NCBI GenBank assembly: GCA_963514005.1
Contig: OY740807.1
Location: 21,018,001-21,082,000, forward strand
Direction: 5' to 3'
Source: Raja brachyura
Taxonomy: Eukaryota
Length of the DNA stretch: 64,000 nucleotides
This document shows positions 1-9,905 of this stretch, in pieces (position 1 is the first letter of the stretch; each line of letters begins with the position of its first letter). The notes beneath the pieces are model-generated. The model was not told where the DNA came from. It ran no database searches and saw nothing but the letters and a program-made list of their open reading frames with translations. The position numbers and the translations under genes were made by a program.

Positions 1-554
1 GGCCATTAATTTACAAGAATTAAACACCAAATTCCTTCCATTTGGCCTATAAATTCATGAAAATGAGATTTAAAAAATCATGTTATATTGTGAATTATTG
101 TGTGAATGTCATTTGGACACTTAGGCAATTAAAAAATGTTTATCTATTCTTAAGAAATGGATAGATGTTTAGATCTAGTAATTGAATTTTGTAATTAGCT
201 ACAATTAGGTAACTAACTAATTATATGCTTTAATTTCAGGTCATCCAAGTAATATTGTTTCATATTTGTTTCAGAATGCTTCAATCTATAATAACTGAAC
301 ATTTCATTGAGCTCCTCATTTTTAAGAACGTTATGGGCTTTTGACTGTCTTGGATCATAGTTTTTGTGTTAAGTCAATGGAAAGGCAATGGGGAACAAGA
401 TGCTAATTTCCGAGTATGAAAATGGCCATAACTTTTTTCATACTGAAGATATGAAAGTGAATTAGGTGTGAAATTAAACTTATTGTTATGCTTTATCTGA
501 TGGGATAAATTGCAGACTTGATTTTTTAAATCTCAAAATTTTGTAACATTGCTA
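1..554. mobile_element. Probable right end of an AT-rich non-autonomous DNA transposon (hAT-like terminus), truncated by the window start
   Basis: AT-rich non-coding block ending in ...gtaacattgcta (reverse complement TAGCAATGTTAC, a TAG-starting hAT-type end). The other end and the TSD are not visible. Confidence 0.3.
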
Positions 555-1533
555 CGTCTTGGTCACTAAAAAAATTTAAATGGGAATCTTGGAGAATAAA
601 GCAAGGGGAGATGTTCATATACATTGCTAGGAAGTAGGGAATACCAAGATATAATTTAAGGATGAGGATGATGCCATCAGCAATACTTAAACAGACCAAA
701 TGGCAGAAGCTTCATTACAGCAGATGTCATCAACTCTCATATTTCTATCAAGGCTAAGAAATCAATGCAATGTGATCAAAGTGCATTTGTTTCCTTCTCA
801 GTTCTGATGGAGTTTCCTTGACCTGAAATGTTACCTCCATTTGTCTTCCCATAGAATATTTCCAGTATTTTTCTGTATTTATTATACAATAGGATTCTGG
901 ATGAGCTCTTGGGGATTTTCCACAAAGGAATGTATGCCACAGAGCGAAATATTCAATCCATTGACAGAGTTAAAAATATCAGAGGTGGAAACTATTTGTG
1001 TAGCAGAAAGGGAATCAGCAAGTTCAGAACCCAGCAGACACGTGTGATGTGAAAACGAGGGAGAGAAGCTTTCCTCTAGATTTAACCACTCCATCTGATG
1101 TAATATTGCAGCTTTACCAATGCGGTAATAGTTCATTATTGTCATGTGTGCCGATATACAATTAATTCTATGTGGTGGTGAGTTCTGCATCGTCATAGCA
1201 TTGCATAGATACATTTCTCCCAAATGCCCCACAAACCATTTTTTTCTCTTCATAACCCAATTTCACCGAAAGGAGAACATTTAAAATAGATTAGAAACTT
1301 GAAGTGCACATTTGAACTGTTAACTTTTTTTAATTTTCAAATGATTTTTAGGTTGAATTACATTGTTGCTTTTAAAAATATATCCTTTTCTTAATTTCTG
1401 GGATAGTTAAGCTGCTTTAAAACATTTGGATGAGGCAGGGCTTTGTTCTTTGTTTACATTTCTCATTGGCCCCAGAGAAGAGCTCTTTGCTATCTCACCT
1501 TCCATTATTTGACCATAACAAGGGGTCACAGTT

Positions 1534-1832
1534 CCAGAACAAGGGGTCACAGTCTAAGGATAAGGGGGAATTCCTTTAGGACCGAAATGAGGAAAACATT
1601 CTTTACACAGAGAGTGGCGAGTCTCTGGAATTCTCTGCCACAGAAGGTAGTTGAGGCCAGTTCATTGGCTATATTTAAGAGGGCGTTAGATGTGGCACTT
1701 GTGGCTAAAGGGATCAGGGGGTATGGAGAGAAGGCAGGTACGGGATACTGAGTTGGATGATCAGCCATGATCACATTGAATGGCGGTGCAGGCTCGAAGG
1801 GCCGAATGGCCTACTCCTGCACCTATTTTCTA
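1534..1832 (+). mobile_element. Young CR1-clade (HER1-like) LINE, 5'-truncated 3' end
   Basis: Translation SRTRGHSLRIRGNSFRTEMRKTFFTQRVASLWNSLPQKVVEA is the CR1 ORF2 C-terminus, followed by the 3' tail ggctcgaagggccgaatggcctactcctgcacctattttcta. Near-identical to the copies at 22435 and 56565. Confidence 0.9.
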
Positions 1833-1954
1833 TACCTTGAAATTCAATGCAACTTAAAGATACAAAATTATTTTAGGTGAATTAACTGCTCAATCATATC
1901 TGCTGAAAACATTCTGTTGCAAAAAATAAAATTGATGCTAAGGAATGTACCTTT

Positions 1955-2170
1955 AGAAAGGAGATGAGGGTCACAGGGTAGTGAACCTGTGGAATTCATA
2001 GCCACAGAAGGCTGTGGAGTACAAATCAATGGATATTTTTAAGGAAGAGATTGATAGATTCTTGATTTGTACAAATCTCAGGGGTTATGGGAAGAAAGCA
2101 GGAGAATGGGGTCGATAGATCCACCATGGCATAGGTTTGTTGGGCCAAATGGCAAAATTCTTCTCCTATA
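1955..2170 (+). mobile_element. Older CR1 LINE 3' fragment
   Basis: Diverged gtgaacctgtggaattc...cagaaggctgtggag motif plus the CR1 tail. Confidence 0.7.
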
Positions 2171-2264
2171 ACTTTTGAAGTTACCCAGAAAAATGTGTGA
2201 AAATGCAAGTTATAAATTGTTCCACGACATTTGCTATCACACAACACAATTATCATAGAGGAAA

Positions 2265-2640
2265 AACAAGAAACTACAGATTCTGTTTTACAAAAAAAGA
2301 CACAAAGTGCTTGAATAACTCAGCCGCTCAAGCAGCATCTCTGCTCAACATAGATAGGTGACATTTCAGATTGGGACCCTTCTTTAGGCTGATTGCGGTG
2401 AGAAAGGGGGACGCTGGAAGAGAGGGAAACTGGAGAGGTGGAGGCAGAACAAAACCTGGAAAGTGATAGGTGGATACCGACAAGGGGGGTGGGGTTGACT
2501 AGCAAATGGTTGGACAATGGCAATAGACAAAAAGACAATTTGTGAGATAAGGATAGAAGAGGTGTGAATTGTGAAGCCAGAGGGGATACAGATGGAAGGG
2601 GAAATTGAGAAGTGGGTGCATAGAGGAGCATCTACATCCA
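2265..2640 (-). mobile_element. Penelope-like element 3' remnant
   Basis: Same terminal motif (acaaagtgct..taactcagc..agcagcatctctg) as the GIY-YIG-bearing copies, with a degenerate hammerhead core. Confidence 0.65.
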
Positions 2641-2859
2641 TTTAAGGAATGCAAAGGCTGCGGAAAGAGTCAGTCATTTGAGGTCAATTCAATAAAGTGC
2701 ATTATTTTTATAGTATTTACATTAGTGGTAAAGCTCTATGCACTGATGCACAGGCTGAAGGTAAATTATCTGATGTAATCTCATGGAAAGTGCCATTTAT
2801 CCTACAAGTTTGTATTTAATTTAGAGCAAATTAGACTTTTCAAGACTTTGTGCAATTTA

Positions 2860-3330
2860 ATGTCCAGCGAAGGGAGGCATGCATCAGTGTTCAAAGGCAT
2901 CAAAGATTATCCTGCACGTATACTGGGCTGTAATGCTTCAAGAGATAATAAGTTCTTCCTCATGTATCATTCAAAAACACCAGACAATGAAGGGGCTATC
3001 GAAGGACTATTTGTCTGTCATCTGGAAGTTGAACTGCAAGGCCTGAGTTACACGGACATTTTCCAGCATTCGTTCATATCTTACCTTTGCCCTGGAGTGA
3101 GAAGATACTACAAAGACAATGGCTTCAAAGAGAATGCATTGTTGATACATGATAACCCTCTAATAAGGTAAAAAAATAAACTTAAAATACCTCACTACCT
3201 GGAAATATTACATTCCCACTTTCAAACATGGCATCCTTCCTGCAGCCCATGGGACACGGCATCACTACCACTTTCGAATTATCAGGTACACTTTTGGCTA
3301 CCTAGTAAGCTCGCTAGAAGAACTTTTCTG
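2860..3330 (+). mobile_element. Decayed pogo/Tigger-type DDE transposase fragment
   Basis: Translations LGCNASRDNKFFLMYHSKTP, FQHSF..YLCPGVRRYY..ALLIHDN and LQPMGHGI correspond to the Tigger DDE_1 motifs GGNASG..LVYHSENP, LLLLDNAP and LQPMDQGI. Frameshifted and stop-ridden. Confidence 0.75.
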
Positions 3331-4523
3331 CATCCCTTCTACTGCTGTCGACAGATACTTCAGGAAAGAAGGATGATAGTAAGATAGAGAACACAAGATA
3401 CTTTCAAGAAATCATCAGATTTGCACGACAAGGCACGGATCCCAACAGGGGACCCAACATGTCCGATGCTCCCTGTGAGCAGCTCTTGGCATCCCATTGG
3501 GCACTGCTGCCAAATTGGAGCAAGAGTTAAACAGTGCAACAGAAGAGGTGGTCCACATAGCATGTGCTCCAAGAGCAGTCACAAGCAGTTTTATTTTGAC
3601 TTACATTACTGGTATTTCAAAGTGATTTGTAGGAAGGCACCCCTTTCAAAATGTGAGGTAGTGAAGTATTTACATTTTGGAAGTCTCCAAATGTTAATGC
3701 CATAATCTTACATTTTTAAGAACAATTGCTGCTATGTAAATTTGTGAGCAGTATACGCATATATAAAAACTTGACATTTTGAATCAACTGGTTTGTTCGC
3801 TAGTTTTTCTGAATATATTATAAATTATTTACTAAAATAATCAGAATGGTGTTAATCAAAAGCATAATTAATATGCAACATCATAACTCCTGTTATTTCT
3901 CCTCTCATTTTACAGTTTTACCCTTCTAAACAGCCATGAAATTAAATTTATTAACCTCATCTTTGCCAGCCCCTGCATCCCATCAATACTGCTTCTTCAT
4001 GTTTTGATATCTGGTCCGTTTTCTTCCCACATTCCAATAATGTGTGGGCTAATTGATTGATTGGTCATGTACATTTACCCCCCACCCCAATGTGTAGGTT
4101 AATGGCAGAATCTCCAATGAGAATAAAATAGGATGAGTGTAGGATTAATTTAACATGGGCAGCTGATGGTCAGCACAGACTCAGTCGAGGCAAGGACATG
4201 CTGTAGAGCTATGTGATCATCTGTAACTTGTTGAAAAGCTTGCACACAAGTGCAATGTGACATTGAATATACTGTTCATGCTCACAAACGAATGCTCCCT
4301 TGGGCAAGGAAAATTTTTTTTCCATTAAATTTAGGAAGAGCAGAACAGGATATAATTAATATTTAAAATGGCACAGTTGAAACTTGTCTCCTGTACTTCA
4401 ACAAATATCAGCACATTTCAATTTACGAAATAAAATACCAATTCATTGTCAGACAGTTATTTGGGTGCATTTAGAGAGCACTTTTTCGGTCAGCCACAGT
4501 TTTGATGGATGCATCTCTTGTCT

Positions 4524-4920
4524 TCATGCTTCTGGCGAGTAGAGCTTAACAAGATGCTGCAGTTCAGAAGGGTAGCCTGTAACAGGACATCGCTGGTGAT
4601 GCTTTACATAGTTATAAGCACATCGGTAACAGTAGACATACCCAGAGGTTGCCAAAGCTGTGTCGTTAGTCCGGATCTTGTTGCACAAAGGACATACAGT
4701 CTTCAGCCTCGGCAAAGCATCATTCGTCGATTTATCTAAGTGTACTGGTGGGGGAGGTGTCGGGAGGGAGGAGAGGGATTTAATTGTGTCCTGGTTTTCA
4801 GATGAGTACCACCATTCAAGAAACTGCAAGAAGAAGATGCCCACTGATACACCAGTTGAAAGGGAGACAGCTGCACCACCCAGTGCATTGGCAAAGAAGG
4901 AGGTTAGCTTTCCAACCAAA
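4524..4920 (-). CDS. PEX12: PEX12 coding exon 3 (last): C-terminal degenerate RING finger, stop TGA
   Basis: [11 protein letters not shown]...[10 protein letters not shown]...CPLC...[10 protein letters not shown]...CPVTGYP. Polypyrimidine tract plus AG acceptor at 4922-4921; phase matches exon 2 (AG|T = Ser). Confidence 0.97.
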
Positions 4921-5055
4921 CTACAAGAGGAAGAGAGAGAAAGAAAGATCAAAATACATACATAAAATTTAGAGGTGTTCTAAACCAATGCACAATGCCC
5001 TGAAGTCACAGTAATCTGTAATCCAACAGAAATATGATTTCCTAATCATGTCATG

Positions 5056-5335
5056 AATGCTGGAGAAACTCAGCGGGTGAGGCAGCATCTATGGAGAAAA
5101 GGAGTAGGCGATGTTTCAGGTCGAGACCCTGCTTCAGACTGATATCGGGGGTGGGGGGGGGGGGCAGGAAAAAGAGAGGAAGAGGCGGAGACACATAGCC
5201 TACTATCTCCGCCTCCTCTCTTCCCCCCCCCCCCGACATCAGTCTGAAGAAGGGTCTCGACCCGAAATGCCGCCTTCTCCTTTTCTCCATACATGCTGCC
5301 TCACTCGCTGAGTTTCTCCAGCATTTTTTGTCTAT
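5056..5335. mobile_element. Fold-back (inverted pair) Penelope-like terminal repeats in PEX12 intron 2
   Basis: Arm 5056-5160 is the reverse complement of about 5225-5325. Each arm has a ctgaag(a/c)agggtctcgacc(c/t)gaaa motif. Confidence 0.8.
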
Positions 5336-5927
5336 TTTCATGTTTCATATTAATCACTATTCATCATTTGCCAAAGTCATCAATTGAAAACATCAACTCA
5401 GTTCTCCCTCTACAGATGCTGCTTGACTTGCTCAGTATTTCTCCATTCTCCACATTTACTTCAGACTTACGGCATCTGCATTTGTTTTGCTTTTCAATTC
5501 AGCACCTCCCTCCCTCCCCCCTCCCCCCATCCCACCCACAATTTCATCTACCTCATGGAGAACAGCCAACATAATCAAGAACCATTAACAGCCTGGTCAT
5601 TCCCTCTTCTCCCTTCATTCATGAGGCAGAAGATACAAAATTAAAGACATCAAACTACTGATGGGTCCTCTCATAAGATAAGGGTTTAGTTCTGATCTCT
5701 CATTATGGCCCCTACACTTTTTTTAAAACTGCAGTTTTTCCATAGCTCTAATCCCATATTCAACACTCTGGTATTGTTCACTTTCCACTACCTGTTGTAT
5801 TCATTTACGACTTGATTGTATTCATGTACAGTATGATTTGATGGATAAGCCTCAAAGCTTTTCCACTATATCTTGGTAAACATGACAAAAATAACCAATA
5901 CCGTAGTTTCTCAAAGTTATTCCTTAC

Positions 5928-6472
5928 CTTGTACTGGTCGGAGTTTTGTTTCTGGAGGTAGATCTTTGTTCAATGCTCTGCAAATCGGCAGGGGTCAGGT
6001 TTCCCAAGCGGACCCCAGCTGCTCGCAGTAGTGGCGAATGATGTGGTGTTTTTCCAAAAATGTACAAGAGGCGATAGGTGAGGAACCACCCCTCCCAGCT
6101 CATGTTCATAAAAGGATAGGCTGCAAGGAAAGCCTTGTACAAGCGCTTCCAGGAAGATGCTGGAAGATGTATAGCATAGTCATCCTCCTCTCTCAATCTA
6201 GCAAACAGTCTGTCTAGTTTGACTTTTACATATGGAATAGCAATTATCATCAACAGCGATCTCCAATGTTGGGCTCTCGGGAGCCCATAGCTCGCCAGTC
6301 TCCATATCCGTGGACCCACTGGAATTCTTTTCAGACCATAAAAGTTTTCAGAGAAGGAGGCACTAGTTCGAGCCAAATAGTGACGCTGTAGCAGGAAGTC
6401 CATCACAGCGTAGAATTCATCAAACCATTTCCATAGAAACCCATAGCGAGCAGGGTTGGATTCCACAAGTAC
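5928..6472 (-). CDS. PEX12: PEX12 coding exon 2 (Pex2/Pex12 N-terminal domain)
   Basis: [20 protein letters not shown]...[20 protein letters not shown]. Acceptor tctttcag and donor gtaagg; 545 nt. Confidence 0.97.
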
Positions 6473-6541
6473 CTGAAAGAACAAGACAGTATCATCAGAT
6501 CAGCTGGATCAAACGACGTGCATCTTGGATAAAATCAGAAA

Positions 6542-8729
6542 TAGTGCAATCCATAATGTTTGGGACAAAGACCCACACCATTTATTTATTTGCCTCTGTA
6601 CTCCACAATTTGAGATTTGTAATAAAAAAAAAAATCACATGTGGTTAAAGTGCACATTATCAGAATTTAATAAAGACCATTTTTATACATTTTGGTTTCA
6701 CCATGTAGAAATTACAGCAATGTTTATACATAGTCTCCCCATTTCAGCACATCATAATGTTTGGGACACAGCAATGTCATGTAAATGAAAGTAGTCATGT
6801 TTAGTATTTTGTTGTATATCCTGTGCATGCAATAACTGCTTGAAGTCTGTGATTCATCAGTTGTTGGGTGTCTTCTCTGCTGCCAGGCCTGTATTGCAGT
6901 CATCTTTAGCTTATGCTTGTTTTGGGGGCTAGTCCCCTTCAGTTTTCTCTTCAGCATATAAAATACATGCTCAATTGGATTCAGATCAGGTGATTGACTT
7001 GGCCACTCAAGAATTTACAATTTTTTAGCTTTGAAAAACTCCTTTGTTGTTTTAGAAGTATGTTTGGGACCATTGTCTTGCTGTAAAATGAACTGCCGGC
7101 CAATGAGTTTTGAGGCATTTGTTTGAACTTAAGCAGATAGGATGTGTCTGTACACTTCAGAATTCATTATGTTACTACCGTCAGCAGTTTTATCATCAAT
7201 GAAGATAAGTGAGCCAGTACCTTCAGCAGCCATGCATGCCCAGGCCATAACACGCCCACCACCATGTTTCACAGATGAGGTGGTATGCTTTGGATCTTGG
7301 GCAGTTCCTTCTCTCCTCCATACTTTGCTCTTGCCATCACTCTGTTATAAGTAAATCTTCATCTCATCTGTCCACAAGACCTTTTTCCAGAACTGTGGTT
7401 GCTCTTTTAAGTATTTCTTGGAAAACTGTAACCTGGCCATCCTATTTTTGCGGCTAACCAGTGGTTTGCATCTTGCTGTGTAGCCTCTGTATTTCTGTTC
7501 ATGAAGTCTTCTGCAGACAGTGGTCAATGGCAAATCCACACCTGACTCCTGAAGAGTGTTTCTGATCTGTTGTTCAGGGGAAAATCCCCTGTTGTTTGGG
7601 GATGTTTCTTTATTACAAGAGAGAATTATTCTGTCATCAGCTGTGGAGGTCTTCCTTAACCTGCCAGTCCCTTTGCGATTAGTAAGCTCACCAGTGGTCT
7701 CTTTCTTCTTAATTATGTTCCAAACAGTTGATTTTGGTAAGTCTAAGGTTTGGCTCATGTCTCCAACAGTTGTATTCTTGTTTCTCAGTCTCATAATGGC
7801 TTCTTTGGCTTTCATTGCCACAACTTTGGTCCTCGTTGATAAACAGCAATAAAAGTTTCCAAATGTGTTGGAAAGACTAGGTGATGAGAGCTCTCTTATA
7901 CCTGCATTAAGGAGGCATTTAAACACACCTGAGCAATTACAAACACCTGTGAAGCCATGTGTCCCAAACATTATGGTGCCCTGAAATGGGGGGGGGGGGG
8001 GTGCGACAAATCTAAAGCTCGTCCTGACATTCTAAATGAAATCTTGGGTGTGTTTTCCAGAATTGGGTTTGCGTATAATATCACCTTTTGCTGGGTTCCT
8101 GGGCATGCTGGAGTGAGGGGGAATGAGCAGGTGGACCTCGTAGCAAAGGAAAGTTTAAAAAGAGAAATAGATATTCATGTATCATTGGGGAGAGTGGAAT
8201 TGAGAGAAATAATTAAAGAGGGCTTAATAAAAGAATGGCAGAGAGGATGGGAAAAGGAAGTCAGGGGTAGACATTACTTTTCTATTCAATCTGAAGTTAG
8301 GAAAATATGTTTCTGTACATCTCTGTCTCGTAGGGACTCAGTTAAATTGTGTAGGTTGAAATTGGGACACTGTGGGTTAAATTATTATTTGTACATTATC
8401 GGGAAACATGTTTCTGGCTTGTGTGAATGTGGGAGTGATGAGACAGTTAAGCATGTTTTCCTAGAATGTAAAAAGTATAGGGTAGAAAGAAAAGTATTGT
8501 TAATTAGACTGATGGGACTTGGTGTTGAGGCTTTTTCTGTATTATCTTTGTTTGGGCATAATGAGCAACATCAATTGATATCCAGGGCTGTTCTTCAATT
8601 CCTGCATGTGACAGGATTGAATGTAAGAATCTAGTTCAAACTCTGAACTGTGGAAGGCAGTAATACGCTTAGCAGCGTCTACACTGCCAGAACCCGGAAT
8701 AAAAGGAAAGGGGGGGTGCGACTATGTAT
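6542..8729 (-). mobile_element. Tc1-family DNA transposon (DD34E, IR/DR-type ends), defective, in PEX12 intron 1; its right TIR is interrupted by a LINE and truncated
   Basis: Transposase pseudogene at about 7840-6800: paired-like HTH (LDLPKSTVWNIIKK..GRLRKTS), [19 protein letters not shown]-(34 residues)-SPDLNPIE, with in-frame stops. The repeat cataatgtttgggaca occurs at 6552 and 6753, and inverted at 7958-7976. Confidence 0.93.
8008..8709 (+). mobile_element. 5'-truncated I-group (Nimb-like) LINE with RNase H and CCHC zinc knuckle; 13-bp TSD
   Basis: Open frame to 8634 with FCWVPGHAGVRGNEQVDLVAKE (RNase H) and CECG..ETVKHVFLEC. 3' stem ggcagt..actgcc and an A-rich tail. TSD gggggggtgcgac at 7995-8007 and 8710-8722. 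Confidence 0.9.
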
Positions 8730-8958
8730 CGCCCGTCCCCTGCATCCTATCCCCTGTCCCTACTGACACCGGAGACATCAAATTTTGAGAGGCATCGATA
8801 GGTTCTGACCATCTACACTACCTATATTGCAGGATGGAAATACTAAATACTTGAGGGCATAGTTTTAAGGTGAGAGGAGTAACATTTAAGGGAGATATAC
8901 GGTTCTTTTTTTTTAATATTCGCTGCCCGGCGGCCGGCCTGACATCCTATTTCCTCAC

Positions 8959-9060
8959 ATAGACACAAAACGCTGGAGTAGCTCAGCGGGACAGGCAGGG
9001 CAGCATCTCTGGATAGAAGGAATGGGTGACGTTTCGGGTCGAGACCGTCCGTTCTTCAGT
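8959..9060 (-). mobile_element. Short Penelope-like terminal repeat with hammerhead-like core; 12-bp TSD
   Basis: TSD ctatttcctcac at 8947-8958 and 9061-9072. Minus strand reads ctgaaga..ggtctcgacccgaaacgtc. Confidence 0.85.
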
Positions 9061-9072
9061 CTATTTCCTCAC

Positions 9073-9201
9073 CTTGCACAAGTGATGCATCGCCGGCCTG
9101 ACCGCTGACATCAAGGTGTCCTGGGCCACGACCTCGAAGATGGAGAGTCTGCCGGCACTCGCCGACAGCTCGGCTGTCAGATGGGCCCCGTGTTCCGCCA
9201 T
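9073..9201 (-). CDS. PEX12: PEX12 coding exon 1 (ATG at 9201)
   Basis: [43 protein letters not shown] matches the vertebrate PEX12 N-terminus; donor gtgagg. The three exons total 1071 nt = 356 aa plus stop. Confidence 0.97.
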
Positions 9202-9345
9202 GACTGCCCGCCGTCTCCCAGAACAACGCGCCTGCGCACCACGGCCAGCCCGGCTCCCTGGACCACAGACATGCACAACATGAAATACGGACTGGATTCC
9301 ACTGGAACTGAACCGAACCGCCGACTGGATTCCGATGGTTGGACG
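9202..9345 (-). promoter_or_regulatory. CpG-rich PEX12 5'UTR/proximal promoter
   Basis: CpG-dense patch (about 9085-9345) around the start codon in otherwise CpG-poor DNA. Confidence 0.6.
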
Positions 9346-9532
9346 CAAACAAAATGCGGCACTAAACAAGGGTCCCGCCCCGAGATGCCACCTATCCATT
9401 TCCCCCAGAAACGTTACCCGACCCGCTGAGTTACTCCAGCACTTTGTGTCTATCTTTGGCAAAAAACAGTATCTGTTTTATTTTTTTTATTACGGATTCC
9501 AATGCCACTTGAACACGGACTGGATTCTGTTA

Positions 9533-9905
9533 ATAGACACAAAATGCTGGAGTAACTCAGCGGGTCAGGCAGCATCTCTGGTAAAAAAAGGAATAGGTGA
9601 GGTTTCGGATCGAGACCCTTCTTCATACTGTCAGGGGGAAAGCAAAACGGGAGATATGGACGGTGGTATATAGAGAGATATGGAACAAATGAATGAAAGA
9701 CATGCAAAATGAAATGATGAGCAAGGAAAGGTGGAGCCCTCAATCGTCCATTGTTGGCTGTGGGCAAGGTTACACAGGCAGTTATACAGGAATGAAACTC
9801 AACAGGGCGACAGTGAAACTAATGCAATGACTACGGTGGTGGAGGGACGGAGAGATAGGGAAGGCAAGGGTTACTTGAAGTTAGAAAAATCAATATTAAA
9901 AGCTG
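9533..9905 (-). mobile_element. Penelope-like element 3' remnant upstream of PEX12
   Basis: Family terminal motif plus the end of the GIY-YIG ORF (aatattgatttttctaacttcaagtaa on the minus strand). Confidence 0.75.
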
